Assembly: GCA_049695975.1 (NCBI GenBank)
Contig: JBAVTE010000009.1
Coordinates: 4,459-68,458 of the forward strand
Length of the DNA stretch: 64,000 bases
Source: Minisyncoccia bacterium
GTDB lineage: Bacteria; Patescibacteriota; Minisyncoccia; Phycocordibacterales; GWA1-40-21
Direction of reading: 5' to 3'
Shown here piece after piece: positions 46,238 to 56,895 of the stretch; position 1 is the first letter of the stretch; every line of letters begins with the position of its first letter. The notes below the pieces were generated by a model, which was given only the letters and a program-made list of their open reading frames with translations, was not told the DNA's origin and did no database searches. A program made the translations under genes and the position numbers.

Positions 46238-48442
46238 CTATTTGAAAGGATTTATTCCTTTATAAATAGAGTTTATCATCCCTTCTATTTTTTCCGTCAT
46301 ACTTGGATTTATTTTTTCTGCTCTTTTCAACAAATCAACTGTAGTAGAAATAATCCCTTTATCATAATACCCTTTTGCAACCGCCATATATGATGAAGAA
46401 ATTCTTGAGTCGCTTGTAGTTGCATTTCCCCAAAGTGCATCAAAAGTTTTTTGATCTTGAGCAAAGATAAGAGATACACCATAAATTATTTTTGTTTCAG
46501 GATAGTTTTGTTCTAGATCATATGACTCTTTTGCCTCTTTCAATACATTATCTATTTGACCCAAGTTAAGATATGCGTTTACAAGTTGAGTTCTAAAGGC
46601 CTGCTTATTTGGAGAAAGTTCTTTTGCTTTTAAGAGATATGTTAATGCTTGATTAAAATCTCCTAAATTAACTAGAAAAATTCCAAAAAATTCTTGATAT
46701 CTTGCATCGTTTGGATAAGTAATAACCTGTGTTTTTATTTGAGTATAAGCTAAGTCAACAAATTTAGTTTTTAAATCCTGACTTGCTACTGTACCTCGAT
46801 ATACAGAAGGAGCAATTTCGAGCAATCTTTCTCTAACTTCTGCTTTTCCTAAAAATCCATTGGAAACAGCTTCTTTGAAGAAATTCAAACTAAGATCAGG
46901 ATATTTACTCTGTGTTTGTACAGCTAAAATCAAATTATGATTTGTATGAATTGGTTTATAATTTACAAAATATAAACTAGCAAAAAGTGCAATAACGACG
47001 ACAGGCGCTATCATATAAGCTACAGCCTCATTATTCTTGCCTGTCTCATCCATCCACTCAGATATTTTTTGCATGTAAGTCCCTTGCTCTCCCTTCTCCC
47101 TTCTAGAATAAATATGAATGATTGCAAAAACTGTAAAGAACAAGAACAAACTTATATTATTATCGAACACAAATAAACTCTGGAAAAAATATCCCGCGAG
47201 TAGTCCTGTAATAACTGACTTCTCTATGATAGACAAAATGCTTGCCTTTCTCCATAGCTCATATAGACATGCGAGATAAAGTCCAAGATAAAATAATAAC
47301 CCCAGAAACCCTCCGGCAACAAGCATATCGAGAGGCATATTGTGCGCCCTATCAAACCATTGCTCTTGATAATACATTTTTGGATCATAAAATTTGTTGA
47401 AAGCATAATTAAAATTTTCTTGACCCCATCCTAAAATCGGTCTCTCCATTGCACCTTTTATAGCCATTGGCCAAACGAGCTGTCTCGCTTGACCGTTTAG
47501 ATCAGTCAAAGAAACAGACAATAATCTCTGCAAGGAACCGTGACTTTTTATATAACTAGAATCCAAAATATTTTGAGTAATTTTACCAAGTCCAGTCTGC
47601 TGATAAGGAGCTGTGTCTCTAAAAATAAATGCTGAATAAGTAAAACCGAAAATAAACATCACAGCAAATATAACAACAGAAGTTTTCCTCACAAAAACAT
47701 TTTTCTTCTCGAAAATTGTAATAAGGAGAGCAGAGATCAATAGGCCAACACCCAATCCCAAAATAACCCCTCTTGAAGTGTTATAAACAAGATATGTAAA
47801 CATACCCCCTAAACATAAGTAAATATAAAATAACCAATTCGAAAAAAGTTTCTTAAGGACGATTCCCTGTTCAGTCAAGCATTTTACCAAGACATCTCTG
47901 TACAAAAGAACCAAAATAAAGAAGAAGTTGAAAAGAAAATAAACGGAGAGATAAATAGGGTTACCAAGTGGGCCGGATACTCGATAAATACCATTCGTGA
48001 TATCTACGAATGACATAATACTCATAATGAAGCTCAAGAAAACCGAGGTTCTCAAAAACCAGGACAAAAAATCATTCTTGATGACAGAAGCAAAAACAAC
48101 AAAATACATTAAAAGATGTATAAGTGTCACCCATCCGTCCATTCGTTCAAAGTTACTCCACAGAGATTTTGCAGGAGCCACACCAAATATATCTGCAAGG
48201 AACATTACTGAAACAAAAAGAAACGCAATCAAAGCCACCCAGGAAAACTTTAGTCTGCTTTCCTTATCCTTGAAAATAAGGATAAGCCAGAGAGCAAAAA
48301 CAATTTCTATAATAATGCGAAGTGTAAATGCCTTACCGACTATGTATGGAAAATACATTCCGTTTGTCACGATAAATGGTACAAGAAGCAATGCAAAAAG
48401 ACCTGTAATAACCGTTACTTTCAATAATTGTTTGATAGTCAT
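46238..48442 (-). CDS. polytopic membrane protein with O-antigen-ligase/Wzy_C domain and C-terminal periplasmic TPR repeats (candidate glycan polymerase or O-oligosaccharyltransferase)
   Basis: >10 predicted TM helices; Wzy_C-type motif RAHNMPLDMLVAGGFLGLLFY after a large external loop; C-terminal ~250 aa TPR-like (LTYLLKAKELSPNKQAFRTQLVNAYLNLGQ). Confidence 0.6.
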   Translation of the reverse strand: MTIKQLLKVTVITGLFALLLVPFIVTNGMYFPYIVGKAFTLRIIIEIVFALWLILIFKDKESRLKFSWVALIAFLFVSVMFLADIFGVAPAKSLWSNFERMDGWVTLIHLLMYFVVFASVIKNDFLSWFLRTSVFLSFIMSIMSFVDITNGIYRVSGPLGNPIYLSVYFLFNFFFILVLLYRDVLVKCLTEQGIVLKKLFSNWLFYIYLCLGGMFTYLVYNTSRGVILGLGVGLLISALLITIFEKKNVFVRKTSVVIFAVMFIFGFTYSAFIFRDTAPYQQTGLGKITQNILDSSYIKSHGSLQRLLSVSLTDLNGQARQLVWPMAIKGAMERPILGWGQENFNYAFNKFYDPKMYYQEQWFDRAHNMPLDMLVAGGFLGLLFYLGLYLACLYELWRKASILSIIEKSVITGLLAGYFFQSLFVFDNNISLFLFFTVFAIIHIYSRREKGEQGTYMQKISEWMDETGKNNEAVAYMIAPVVVIALFASLYFVNYKPIHTNHNLILAVQTQSKYPDLSLNFFKEAVSNGFLGKAEVRERLLEIAPSVYRGTVASQDLKTKFVDLAYTQIKTQVITYPNDARYQEFFGIFLVNLGDFNQALTYLLKAKELSPNKQAFRTQLVNAYLNLGQIDNVLKEAKESYDLEQNYPETKIIYGVSLIFAQDQKTFDALWGNATTSDSRISSSYMAVAKGYYDKGIISTTVDLLKRAEKINPSMTEKIEGMINSIYKGINPFK

Positions 48443-48773
48443 ATTTTAAAAAACTTGTCCCGTAATAAGTTATATCTTACTACTGGTATTATTAGTAATA
48501 TCAATAATCTATAATAAAAAACTTTCAAAAGCTAGTGCAAGTGGCATTATAACACAGAAAATTAATGACAGAAAAGATTAATTTTAAAAACGTGGGTGTG
48601 AGTTCCATCTGCAATATGTCGAAAAGTCGCATAGACAAAGGATGGCGGAACAATGCAAGTATGGAGTGGTGGAAAACAAACAAGATCTCCATTATACATA
48701 GATGAATGTTTAGATCGAAAAACAAGTAAAAAAAGTGACGTTTCAATATAAAGGTGATAAAATATCCTAAATT

Positions 48774-50120
48774 ATGGAAATCGACAATAAAGAGCAGATC
48801 AATGCAACTGTCCTTGACTATTTTACCAACTGGCAAACTTTTTGGTTTTATATAAAAGAAAAGATACAACACCCCGGTGTGCAAAAACATGGAAAAAATA
48901 TGGGGTGGATGTTCACGACAAAGATTACAAGTATGGCGATTTCATTTATCGCAACAGCGTATATAGCAAGGCATCTTGGTCCGATGAATTATGGAGAACT
49001 CAGCTATGCTATGAGCTTTGTGGGACTTTTTGGTTTTATAGCAGTTCTCGGTATAGATCAAATACTATATAGAGATCTTATAAAATACCCTGAAAAAAGA
49101 AACGAATACATGGGGACAGCACTAACTGTGAGAATAATAGCTTCCATAATTGCAGTAATGGTTTGTACATTAGGTGCTTTTATTTTTTCACCAAGAGATG
49201 TTTCTTTATTCTTAATTTTTATTATTAGTTTAACTTTTATATTTAGCTCTTTTCAATTATTGAGTTATGAATTTCAAGCAGAAATAAAATCAAAATATCC
49301 TTCTATCATTTCTTTGGTAATTGTATTGATCTTAAATATATTAAAAATAATAGTAATTTTTAATAGTAAAGGTGTTATATATCTTGCTGGAATCGTCCTG
49401 CTTGAACCCATACTTTATTCTATCGGCTTCTTATATTTTAGAATAAAAAAGTTTGGAACAATTAAATATTGGAGATTTGATAAAAATATTGCGATTTCAA
49501 TTTTAAAAGATTCATCCCCTCTTATTTTTTCATCAGTCTTCCTTGCAATATATGCCCGAATAGATCAAGTTATGATAAAAAATATGATGGATGCGGGTTC
49601 CGTCGGACTCTACAGTTCTGCAGTTACAGTCTCAGAAGTTTGGTATTTTATTCCAAATATAATTGTCTCAGCTCTATTTCCTGCAATCATAAATGCAAAA
49701 TTAACTTCAGACGGACTCTATAAAAATAGATTGAAAAAATTAACCTCACTTTTGTTTGTGTTTTCTTTAATAGCTTCAATTTTTACATCAATTTTTGCCC
49801 CAATAATAATAAAGATACTTTATGGATCTGCTTTCATAGGCGGTATAACAGTCCTACAGATATATGTGTGGTCTCTCGCCGGAACTTCATTAAGTAACTT
49901 AATAATGAATTATTTAGTAGCCCAAAATTACAGAAGGATTTCACTTTTAATAAATATTTTGCCGATGATTATAAATGTTATTTTAAATATAATCTGGATA
50001 CCAAAATACGGTATAATTGGAGCTGCATTAGCGACACTCATTTCATATTCTATTGGTCCTTTTGTCTTATTACTTTTTAAAAAAACAAGAAGTGAAATAT
50101 TAGAAATAATCAAAGCATAA
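48774..50120 (+). CDS. Wzx-like polysaccharide flippase (MOP/PST superfamily)
   Basis: 448 aa, ~12-14 TM helices, PST-family layout; divergently transcribed from the Wzy_C gene. Confidence 0.6.
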   Translation: MEIDNKEQINATVLDYFTNWQTFWFYIKEKIQHPGVQKHGKNMGWMFTTKITSMAISFIATAYIARHLGPMNYGELSYAMSFVGLFGFIAVLGIDQILYRDLIKYPEKRNEYMGTALTVRIIASIIAVMVCTLGAFIFSPRDVSLFLIFIISLTFIFSSFQLLSYEFQAEIKSKYPSIISLVIVLILNILKIIVIFNSKGVIYLAGIVLLEPILYSIGFLYFRIKKFGTIKYWRFDKNIAISILKDSSPLIFSSVFLAIYARIDQVMIKNMMDAGSVGLYSSAVTVSEVWYFIPNIIVSALFPAIINAKLTSDGLYKNRLKKLTSLLFVFSLIASIFTSIFAPIIIKILYGSAFIGGITVLQIYVWSLAGTSLSNLIMNYLVAQNYRRISLLINILPMIINVILNIIWIPKYGIIGAALATLISYSIGPFVLLLFKKTRSEILEIIKA

Positions 50121-50121
50121 T

Positions 50122-51042
50122 ATGTTTAAAATAAAAGAAAGGACAGATAATTTACGTTTTAAAATATACTATAATTCCTTGTTCAAAATAAAAGTCTGGA
50201 CAACAAGAAAAGTGGTGAAATTGTTTAAATTAGGAAGACATACTAGTTATCCATTTATAACTGGGGATAGTTTCCGAGCTTTGGCCCAGCACATTTTTGA
50301 TGAATCATCTGATATTGATTGTCCGTCAGTTATGCATAGTGATATTGTATTTGTACGGACAGATTTTTTGCATACTTTTTTTAAAAAAATACATATAAAA
50401 ATTATTAATCCTTATATTTTAATATCCCATAATGCTGACAATAACATAGACTCTCAATATGAAAAATATATCGATGATAAAATTATCCACTGGTTTGCAC
50501 AGAATCTTTTAATAGACAATAAAAAAATAACTCCTATACCGATAGGGATAACCCTTAGATTTTATGACAAAAAAAATACAACCGCAGAATTAATTAAAAA
50601 ATATCGAAATAAAATAGGTCGTATTTTAAAAATATTTTTTGGATTTTATGGAAATACCAACAAAAAGAGGTTGGGAATCGTAAATGACCTTAGGAAATGT
50701 TCTGTGTGTGTTGAATGTAAGGATTTTTTGGAAAAAGATAAGTACTATGATCAAGTTTCAAATTATGTTTTCAACGCATCACCTATCGGAAATGGGATAG
50801 ACTGTATTCGCACATGGGAATCATTATATTTAGGAACTATTCCCGTGGTTGAAAGAAGTGTGTCAACTGGATATTGGAAAAATATCGGTATTCCCCTACT
50901 TCTCGTTGATTCTTGGAAAGATTTAGAGAATGTCAGAGAAGATTGGCTTAAAAAAGAATATGAAGATATAAAAAATAAAATTGGTTCGGAAGCAATTTAT
51001 ATGGATTATTGGATAAAAGAAGTCATAAAATATAAAAATTAA
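50122..51042 (+). CDS. hypothetical protein in the glycan cluster (possible glycosyltransferase of unassigned family)
   Basis: No canonical motif recognised; tight operonic packing (2-nt gap to the upstream gene, 1-nt gap to the downstream gene). Confidence 0.3.
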   Translation: MFKIKERTDNLRFKIYYNSLFKIKVWTTRKVVKLFKLGRHTSYPFITGDSFRALAQHIFDESSDIDCPSVMHSDIVFVRTDFLHTFFKKIHIKIINPYILISHNADNNIDSQYEKYIDDKIIHWFAQNLLIDNKKITPIPIGITLRFYDKKNTTAELIKKYRNKIGRILKIFFGFYGNTNKKRLGIVNDLRKCSVCVECKDFLEKDKYYDQVSNYVFNASPIGNGIDCIRTWESLYLGTIPVVERSVSTGYWKNIGIPLLLVDSWKDLENVREDWLKKEYEDIKNKIGSEAIYMDYWIKEVIKYKN

Positions 51043-51043
51043 A

Positions 51044-51928
51044 ATGAATTATTCAATAGGAGTCGTCACATATCACGCCAGATTTGAAAAATATTTCATT
51101 CCTCTCATCAAGAAATTGACTGCTATATTTCCTGATAAGGAAATCATATGCGTAATCAATGGACATCCAGATAGAACATTGCAAATCAATTATTTAAATA
51201 ATATTACTGCTTTTTTGTCGAAATTTTCGAATGTTCGTTATTTGACTTATGATACAAATCAATCTTTATCTAAATGCTGGAATCAAATAATAATACTTTC
51301 TCAAACAGAGAAAGTTATTATTATAAATGACGACACTCAAGTAACAGACCTCTTCCGCCAAGAATTTGAAACAAAAGTTTTAGACATACCATTTTCAATT
51401 ATGAATGCCAGCTGGAGTCATTTTCTTACTTCCAAAGAAATTGTTAAAAAAGTTGGATGGTTTGATGAACGTCTCTTGGGAGTTGGGTACGAGGACGCAG
51501 ATTATGGACTAAGAATGGCAATGCTAGGCATCCCTATGACAAATACTATTTGTTTGGGACTCAATAATTATGTAGCTGGCCAAGAAAATCCTGGATGGAA
51601 AAATATTTCCCAAAAAATTAATGCATCAAAATATACATTAGTAAATTTTGAATTTTTTAAAACAAAATGGGTTACTATGGATATAAACCCAGAAATCAAA
51701 CCAGAAAATTTCAAACATAAATTACAATGGAATGATACTCTGTGTTTATTCTCTCCAAAGACAAATGAACCTACCCCTATATTTTACGATTTCAGTTGTC
51801 TTGATTATAAAATAAAAACAAGCTTTAGTTCTCTGCCTTATATTGAAAATAATTTCAAAATTACAATGCAAAAAGTATTCTTTGCATTCAAACAATTACT
51901 TAAGAAAATATATAGAAAAATGTTATAG
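51044..51928 (+). CDS. GT2/GT7-like glycosyltransferase with galactosyltransferase-type GxGxEDxDxxxR motif
   Basis: VIIINDDTQV (DxD-like) and LGVGYEDADYGLRM, which resembles the beta-1,4-galactosyltransferase C-terminal motif (WGWGGEDDD). Confidence 0.45.
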   Translation: MNYSIGVVTYHARFEKYFIPLIKKLTAIFPDKEIICVINGHPDRTLQINYLNNITAFLSKFSNVRYLTYDTNQSLSKCWNQIIILSQTEKVIIINDDTQVTDLFRQEFETKVLDIPFSIMNASWSHFLTSKEIVKKVGWFDERLLGVGYEDADYGLRMAMLGIPMTNTICLGLNNYVAGQENPGWKNISQKINASKYTLVNFEFFKTKWVTMDINPEIKPENFKHKLQWNDTLCLFSPKTNEPTPIFYDFSCLDYKIKTSFSSLPYIENNFKITMQKVFFAFKQLLKKIYRKML

Positions 51929-51934
51929 CACCAG

Positions 51935-52942
51935 CTATTTTTGAATCCAAAAACTTGGTAATTTTTTTGTAATTTCAATATTTTCAAATTCTTTACTGGA
52001 TTGAACACCCACCTTCCTGGCCCAATCAAACATTTTCTTGAGACCTTCGGATAAAAGAATCCTCTTCGGCCTGTTTGATAAAAGTCTATTTAATTTGTCG
52101 TGAGTACTATATGCATGCTTGACTTCATTTCTAGTTTCAAGATGTTTTCTTTGGATTGGTTTACCATTAGCCTTTTCAAGTTCATCTGTCATTTGATTAA
52201 TTGTGCAAGGAACATCTCCTCCAACATTTATAATTTGACTATAAAACGATTTATTCTCGACAGAGTGAGCAATGATTGGGGCAACATCATCAATATATGA
52301 AAATGCTCTGGATTGTTCCCCGTCCCCATAGATAGTTACTGGCTCATCTTTCATTATTTTGTTCATAAAAATACCGATAACATTTCTATATTTATCACCA
52401 ATATTTTGTCTTGGTCCGTAAACATTATGAGGTCTAAATATGACATAATCCATTCCAAACATCTCATTGGCCGCTTTTAAATCAAGTTCAATTGCATACT
52501 TGGCCACACCATACGGATCACAAGGCGAAGGAATCATATCTTCTGAAAATGGAGGTTTGCCATGACCATATACGGCCATTGAAGAAGTAAACACAAAACA
52601 TTTTACTCCATATTTAATAGATGCATTAATCAGATTGACACTGCCCATAAGATTATTTTCATAATTAAACTTACGAATAAAATGACTCAAACCTTCTGCG
52701 GCATAAGCAGCTAAATGATATACATATGAAAATTTGTGTTCAGCAAAAAGTTTTTCTACAAGAGTGGCGTCAGTAATTGACCCATTAATAAATAAAATAC
52801 CTGGCGAGATATTGCTTTCAAAACCTCCCGATAAATCGTCTAAGACAACGACAGAATGACCCATTTTCAAAAGTTCATCCGCAACATGAGAACCAATAAA
52901 ACCTGCACCACCAGTCACTAATATTTTTTCTGATTTATTCAT
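51935..52942 (-). CDS. NAD-dependent nucleotide-sugar epimerase/dehydratase (extended SDR; GalE/UXS-like)
   Basis: ILVTGGAGFIGSHVADELL Rossmann motif, catalytic YxxxK (YGVAKY), YGDGEQSRAF motif; start taken at the ATG at 52942. Confidence 0.8.
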   Translation of the reverse strand: MNKSEKILVTGGAGFIGSHVADELLKMGHSVVVLDDLSGGFESNISPGILFINGSITDATLVEKLFAEHKFSYVYHLAAYAAEGLSHFIRKFNYENNLMGSVNLINASIKYGVKCFVFTSSMAVYGHGKPPFSEDMIPSPCDPYGVAKYAIELDLKAANEMFGMDYVIFRPHNVYGPRQNIGDKYRNVIGIFMNKIMKDEPVTIYGDGEQSRAFSYIDDVAPIIAHSVENKSFYSQIINVGGDVPCTINQMTDELEKANGKPIQRKHLETRNEVKHAYSTHDKLNRLLSNRPKRILLSEGLKKMFDWARKVGVQSSKEFENIEITKKLPSFWIQK

Positions 52943-53048
52943 AACATTAAATATTATACACATTCATAATTATTTTGCACCATATTTATATTATGTTGAA
53001 AAATATACAAAAATTGATATAATATCAAGTAATTAATATAATAAAATT

Positions 53049-53921
53049 ATGAAATACTTAGTATTGGGATCGGCTGGTCAGATAGGTTCGACACTTGTCA
53101 AAAAAATTAAAGAAAATAAAAAAGATGAGGTTTTTGAATTCGATATAGAAAATAATCCGTCTCAGGACCTTAGAATTTATAATAACAAGCTACTAGATAA
53201 AATAATAAAAAAATCGGATTTTATCTTCTTTTTGGCTTTTGATGTTGGAGGATCAAGATATTTAAAAACATACCAAGATACTTATGATTTTGTATCAAAC
53301 AACATTAAAATTGTAGACAGGACTTTTGATGCATTGAAAAAACACAATAAACCATTTATCTTTGCCTCAAGTCAAATGGCAAATATGTCTTATTCAAGTT
53401 ACGGTCTCCTCAAATCAGTCGGAGAAAAAAATACTGAGATTTTAGGTGGACTTGTGGTTAAATTTTGGAATGTTTATGGCTTAGAGCATGATAAAAATAA
53501 ATTTCATGTTATTACTGACCTTATTATCAGAGCATCAACAACTGGTAAAATAAATCTTTTAACTGACGGTACTGAGGAAAGACAACTCCTTTTTACTGAT
53601 GATTGTGCCGAGTGTTTAATAGAATTATCAAAAAAATACAAGAATATACCAAGAAATAAACAACTGCATATCACAAATTTCAAATGGCACACCATTCTCG
53701 ATGTAGCAAACATTATTTCAAAACATTTTCCTGGTTCTAAAATAAAACCAAGTAAACAAATAGATACAGTTCAAAAAAACAAAAAAAATGAACCGGACTC
53801 ATATATTCTTAGCTATTGGAAACCAAAAACTAAACTTGAGGATGGTATTGCTTATATAATAAAAGAGATGAAAGCACATCCTGAAAAATATCCGGGTATG
53901 TCCTCAAAAAAAATCCTATAA
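53049..53921 (+). CDS. NAD(P)-binding epimerase/reductase-like protein (divergent extended SDR)
   Basis: MKYLVLGSAGQIGSTLVKKI Rossmann-type N-terminus; SSQMANMSYSSYGLLK region suggestive of a catalytic S...YxxxK triad; low similarity beyond the fold. Confidence 0.5.
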   Translation: MKYLVLGSAGQIGSTLVKKIKENKKDEVFEFDIENNPSQDLRIYNNKLLDKIIKKSDFIFFLAFDVGGSRYLKTYQDTYDFVSNNIKIVDRTFDALKKHNKPFIFASSQMANMSYSSYGLLKSVGEKNTEILGGLVVKFWNVYGLEHDKNKFHVITDLIIRASTTGKINLLTDGTEERQLLFTDDCAECLIELSKKYKNIPRNKQLHITNFKWHTILDVANIISKHFPGSKIKPSKQIDTVQKNKKNEPDSYILSYWKPKTKLEDGIAYIIKEMKAHPEKYPGMSSKKIL

Positions 53922-53945
53922 TACAGTGTTATTTTTATAATTAAT

Positions 53946-54896
53946 ATGAAAACAATCGTACTCATACCCATTAAAAATGAGGAATGGATTTTGGAGCAGA
54001 CTCTAAATAATATTTCACCGTATGTGGATGAAGTTATAATTGCAGATCAAAAATCAACAGACAAAAGTTTAGAAATCTGTAAGAAATTTTCTAATGTAAA
54101 AGTGATTGATAACCCTTATGAAGGACACAGCAATAAAGTCCGATGGTTACTTCTCGAGGAAGCCAGGAAAATCGGCAAAAATAATTTGATTGTCTGTATT
54201 GATGCCGATGAGATGATTTCACCAATGGGTTTAGAAGAAATTAAAAAACTTATCTCAGAAGGTAAGGCCACTAAGGGAGATGTATTTAAATTAAAATGGA
54301 TACAATTATGGAAAAATACTAAGGAGTATAGAGATGATGGGGTTTGGAAGGATAATTATAAAGATGTTGCTTTTATTGATAACGAAGAAATCAATGAATA
54401 CAAAAGAGATTTTGTTGTAAACGACCACACTTCTAGAGTCCCAGATACAAACATAAATAAAGAAATATCAATTTCCTATCCCCTACTTCATTTTCACTTT
54501 GTGGCTTGGAAAAGAACTGAAATGAAACAGGCTTGGTATAGGTGTTCTGAACTTATTGCTGGTTTAAGAAATGCAAAAAGAATTAATAACACTTATAGAG
54601 TAACCCTCGAACCTAAAAATATTAAACTTCTTTCTATACAAAAAGAATGGGTAGATGGATTGACTCTGACACAAAACATGGAAAAAGCTTCGAGTGATTG
54701 GCATCTGAAAGAAATTTTAGGGTTTTTCGATAAATATGGAATTAAATTTTTTGAGCAATTACAGATTTGGAATATTGACGAATTGCATAATGAATTTGTA
54801 AAAAAAGTTGGACGAGAACCAATAAGTAGAGTTTATCCCAGTTGGTTAGTTGCCTTGAACGAAATTAAAAACAAGATTAGAAATTTTCGCCCATAA
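53946..54896 (+). CDS. glycosyltransferase, GT2-like (GT-A fold)
   Basis: IVLIPIKNEEWILEQTLNNI ... EVIIADQKSTDKS ... VCIDADE (DxD) layout. Confidence 0.55.
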   Translation: MKTIVLIPIKNEEWILEQTLNNISPYVDEVIIADQKSTDKSLEICKKFSNVKVIDNPYEGHSNKVRWLLLEEARKIGKNNLIVCIDADEMISPMGLEEIKKLISEGKATKGDVFKLKWIQLWKNTKEYRDDGVWKDNYKDVAFIDNEEINEYKRDFVVNDHTSRVPDTNINKEISISYPLLHFHFVAWKRTEMKQAWYRCSELIAGLRNAKRINNTYRVTLEPKNIKLLSIQKEWVDGLTLTQNMEKASSDWHLKEILGFFDKYGIKFFEQLQIWNIDELHNEFVKKVGREPISRVYPSWLVALNEIKNKIRNFRP

Positions 54897-54898
54897 AT

Positions 54899-55834
54899 AT
54901 GGAAAAAACATTTAAACAAATTGTGATAGACAAATTAAGAAACATTATTCCATTGTCATTTAGAAAAAAAATTGGGCCTTTTTTTGCTTACATAACCTAC
55001 ATATTTAATATCTATATATTAAAAAACAAAAAACAACCAAAAGTATTGTCGATCATAGAAACTATTGATTTAATAAATAAAATGAATCTTTCTGTCATAC
55101 GATTTGGCGATGGGGAAATGTCTCTAATGGATGGTGTTGATTTAGCTTTTCAAAAATACGATTCGGGACTTGCCCAAAGACTCGTTACTATTTTGCAGAC
55201 AAAATCAGACAAATTATTGATTTGCATTCCTGGAATTTGGAAAAATATAAACAGTTTCAACAAAAGAGATTTTTGGTTTTTTATGCATCATCTTTTTAGA
55301 TATAGACACACTTGGCTAAATTTATTATCTAGTGATCAGATTTATGGTAATACTTTTGTGACTCGTCCCTATTTAACATTCAAAGACAAATCTAAAAGCG
55401 GATATACTTTTGATAAAATATTATCTATTTGGAAAGAAAAAGATATAGTATTAATCGAGGGTGAAAAAAGTCGACTAGGTGTAGGCAATGATCTGTTTAA
55501 TAATGTAAAATCATTCAAAAGAATACTGTGTCCGTCTGAAAACGCTTTCTCAAAATATAATGAAATAAAAGCAGAAGCGGTAAAAATTGATAAAAATAAA
55601 TTAATTTTAATTTCTCTCGGTCCGACTGCCAAAGTGTTGGCTTTTGACTTATTTTTATTAGGATATAGAGTAGTTGATATTGGCCACATAGATATGGAGT
55701 ATGAAATGTTTTTGAAAAAGGAAACAAAAATTATAAAGGTCAGATACAAATATTTCAATGAAATAAGTGAAAGAAATCCTGAAGAATATAATGACAAAAA
55801 ATATCTCGATCAAATAATTACTAAAATAATATGA
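54899..55834 (+). CDS. GT-D-type glycosyltransferase (DUF1792-like)
   Basis: VIRFGDGEMSLMDGVDLAFQ resembles the RFGDGE (DxE metal site) signature recalled for the DUF1792/GT-D family. Confidence 0.45.
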   Translation: MEKTFKQIVIDKLRNIIPLSFRKKIGPFFAYITYIFNIYILKNKKQPKVLSIIETIDLINKMNLSVIRFGDGEMSLMDGVDLAFQKYDSGLAQRLVTILQTKSDKLLICIPGIWKNINSFNKRDFWFFMHHLFRYRHTWLNLLSSDQIYGNTFVTRPYLTFKDKSKSGYTFDKILSIWKEKDIVLIEGEKSRLGVGNDLFNNVKSFKRILCPSENAFSKYNEIKAEAVKIDKNKLILISLGPTAKVLAFDLFLLGYRVVDIGHIDMEYEMFLKKETKIIKVRYKYFNEISERNPEEYNDKKYLDQIITKII

Positions 55835-56895
55835 AAAAAATCAAAGTAAAATATTGTAAATACGACAAATTTGATGAAAATACTCCCCTGACCTATAATT
55901 ATTTCATACATAATATACTCAAAAAATATTATGATGTAGAAGTGTCAGACAACCCAGACTATGTATTTTATCATGAATCAACGTATGATTATTTGAAATA
56001 TAATTGTATTAGAATATTCTATACAGCTGAAAATGTCAGCCCAAATTTTAATCTTTGCGATTATGCTATTAGTAATGACTATATAAATTTTGAAGATAGA
56101 CATTATCGACTAGCATCTTACCTTGTCGCGACTTTTTATCAAAAAAAGGAGTTGGAATTAGCCAAAGATATTGATATAACAAAACCAAAAATTTTTACAA
56201 AAGAAGACCTTGCTAAAAAAACTGATTTTTGTAGTTTTGTTTATTCGAACTATCTCGCCGATGAAAGGAGAAAAATTCTTTTTGATAAAATTTACGCGTA
56301 CAAAAAAGTAGATGCCGGTGGTAAATATCTCAATAATATTGGAGGTCCTACCGACAATAAATTAGGATTTGAAATGAAACACAAATTTTCAATGGCTATC
56401 GAAAATTCCTCTCGTAATGGATATACAACAGATAGAATTGTTTGTTCTTTTATGGCAAATACTATACCAATATATTGGGGTAATCCAGAAATCGGGCGTG
56501 AATTTAATACTAAACGCTTCATAAACTGTCATGACTATAAAACATTCGATGAAGCAGTGGAAAGGGTAAAAGAAATAGATAATAATGATGAGCTTTACTT
56601 AAAAATAATAAATGAACCATTATTTGCAGAAGATTATAGTTTTGAAAAAGCTACGAATGGCCTTGAAAAATTTTTAAGAAATATCTTTGATCAACCAATT
56701 GAAAATGCATCCCGTCGAACCATAAATATGGCGCGATCTGTAAAAATGGAAAAAAATGAAAAAATTATCGAAAGATATACAAAAAAACAGGCAAAAATAA
56801 AAAAACTTTTGGCCAAATTATATCAACCATTCAAGAAAATCAAATCGTTAGAAAATTTTAAAGAAAATTATTTTAGAAAAAAAATATTAAAATGA
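55831..56895 (+). CDS. alpha-(1,3/4)-fucosyltransferase, family GT10 (Helicobacter FutA-like)
   Basis: HKFSMAIENSSRNGYTTDRIVCSFMANTIPIYWGNPEIGREFNTKRFINCHDYKTFDEA matches the FucT motifs YKFNLCFENS..GYVTEKI...TIPIYWG...FVNVHDF. Confidence 0.8.
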   Translation: MKKIKVKYCKYDKFDENTPLTYNYFIHNILKKYYDVEVSDNPDYVFYHESTYDYLKYNCIRIFYTAENVSPNFNLCDYAISNDYINFEDRHYRLASYLVATFYQKKELELAKDIDITKPKIFTKEDLAKKTDFCSFVYSNYLADERRKILFDKIYAYKKVDAGGKYLNNIGGPTDNKLGFEMKHKFSMAIENSSRNGYTTDRIVCSFMANTIPIYWGNPEIGREFNTKRFINCHDYKTFDEAVERVKEIDNNDELYLKIINEPLFAEDYSFEKATNGLEKFLRNIFDQPIENASRRTINMARSVKMEKNEKIIERYTKKQAKIKKLLAKLYQPFKKIKSLENFKENYFRKKILK

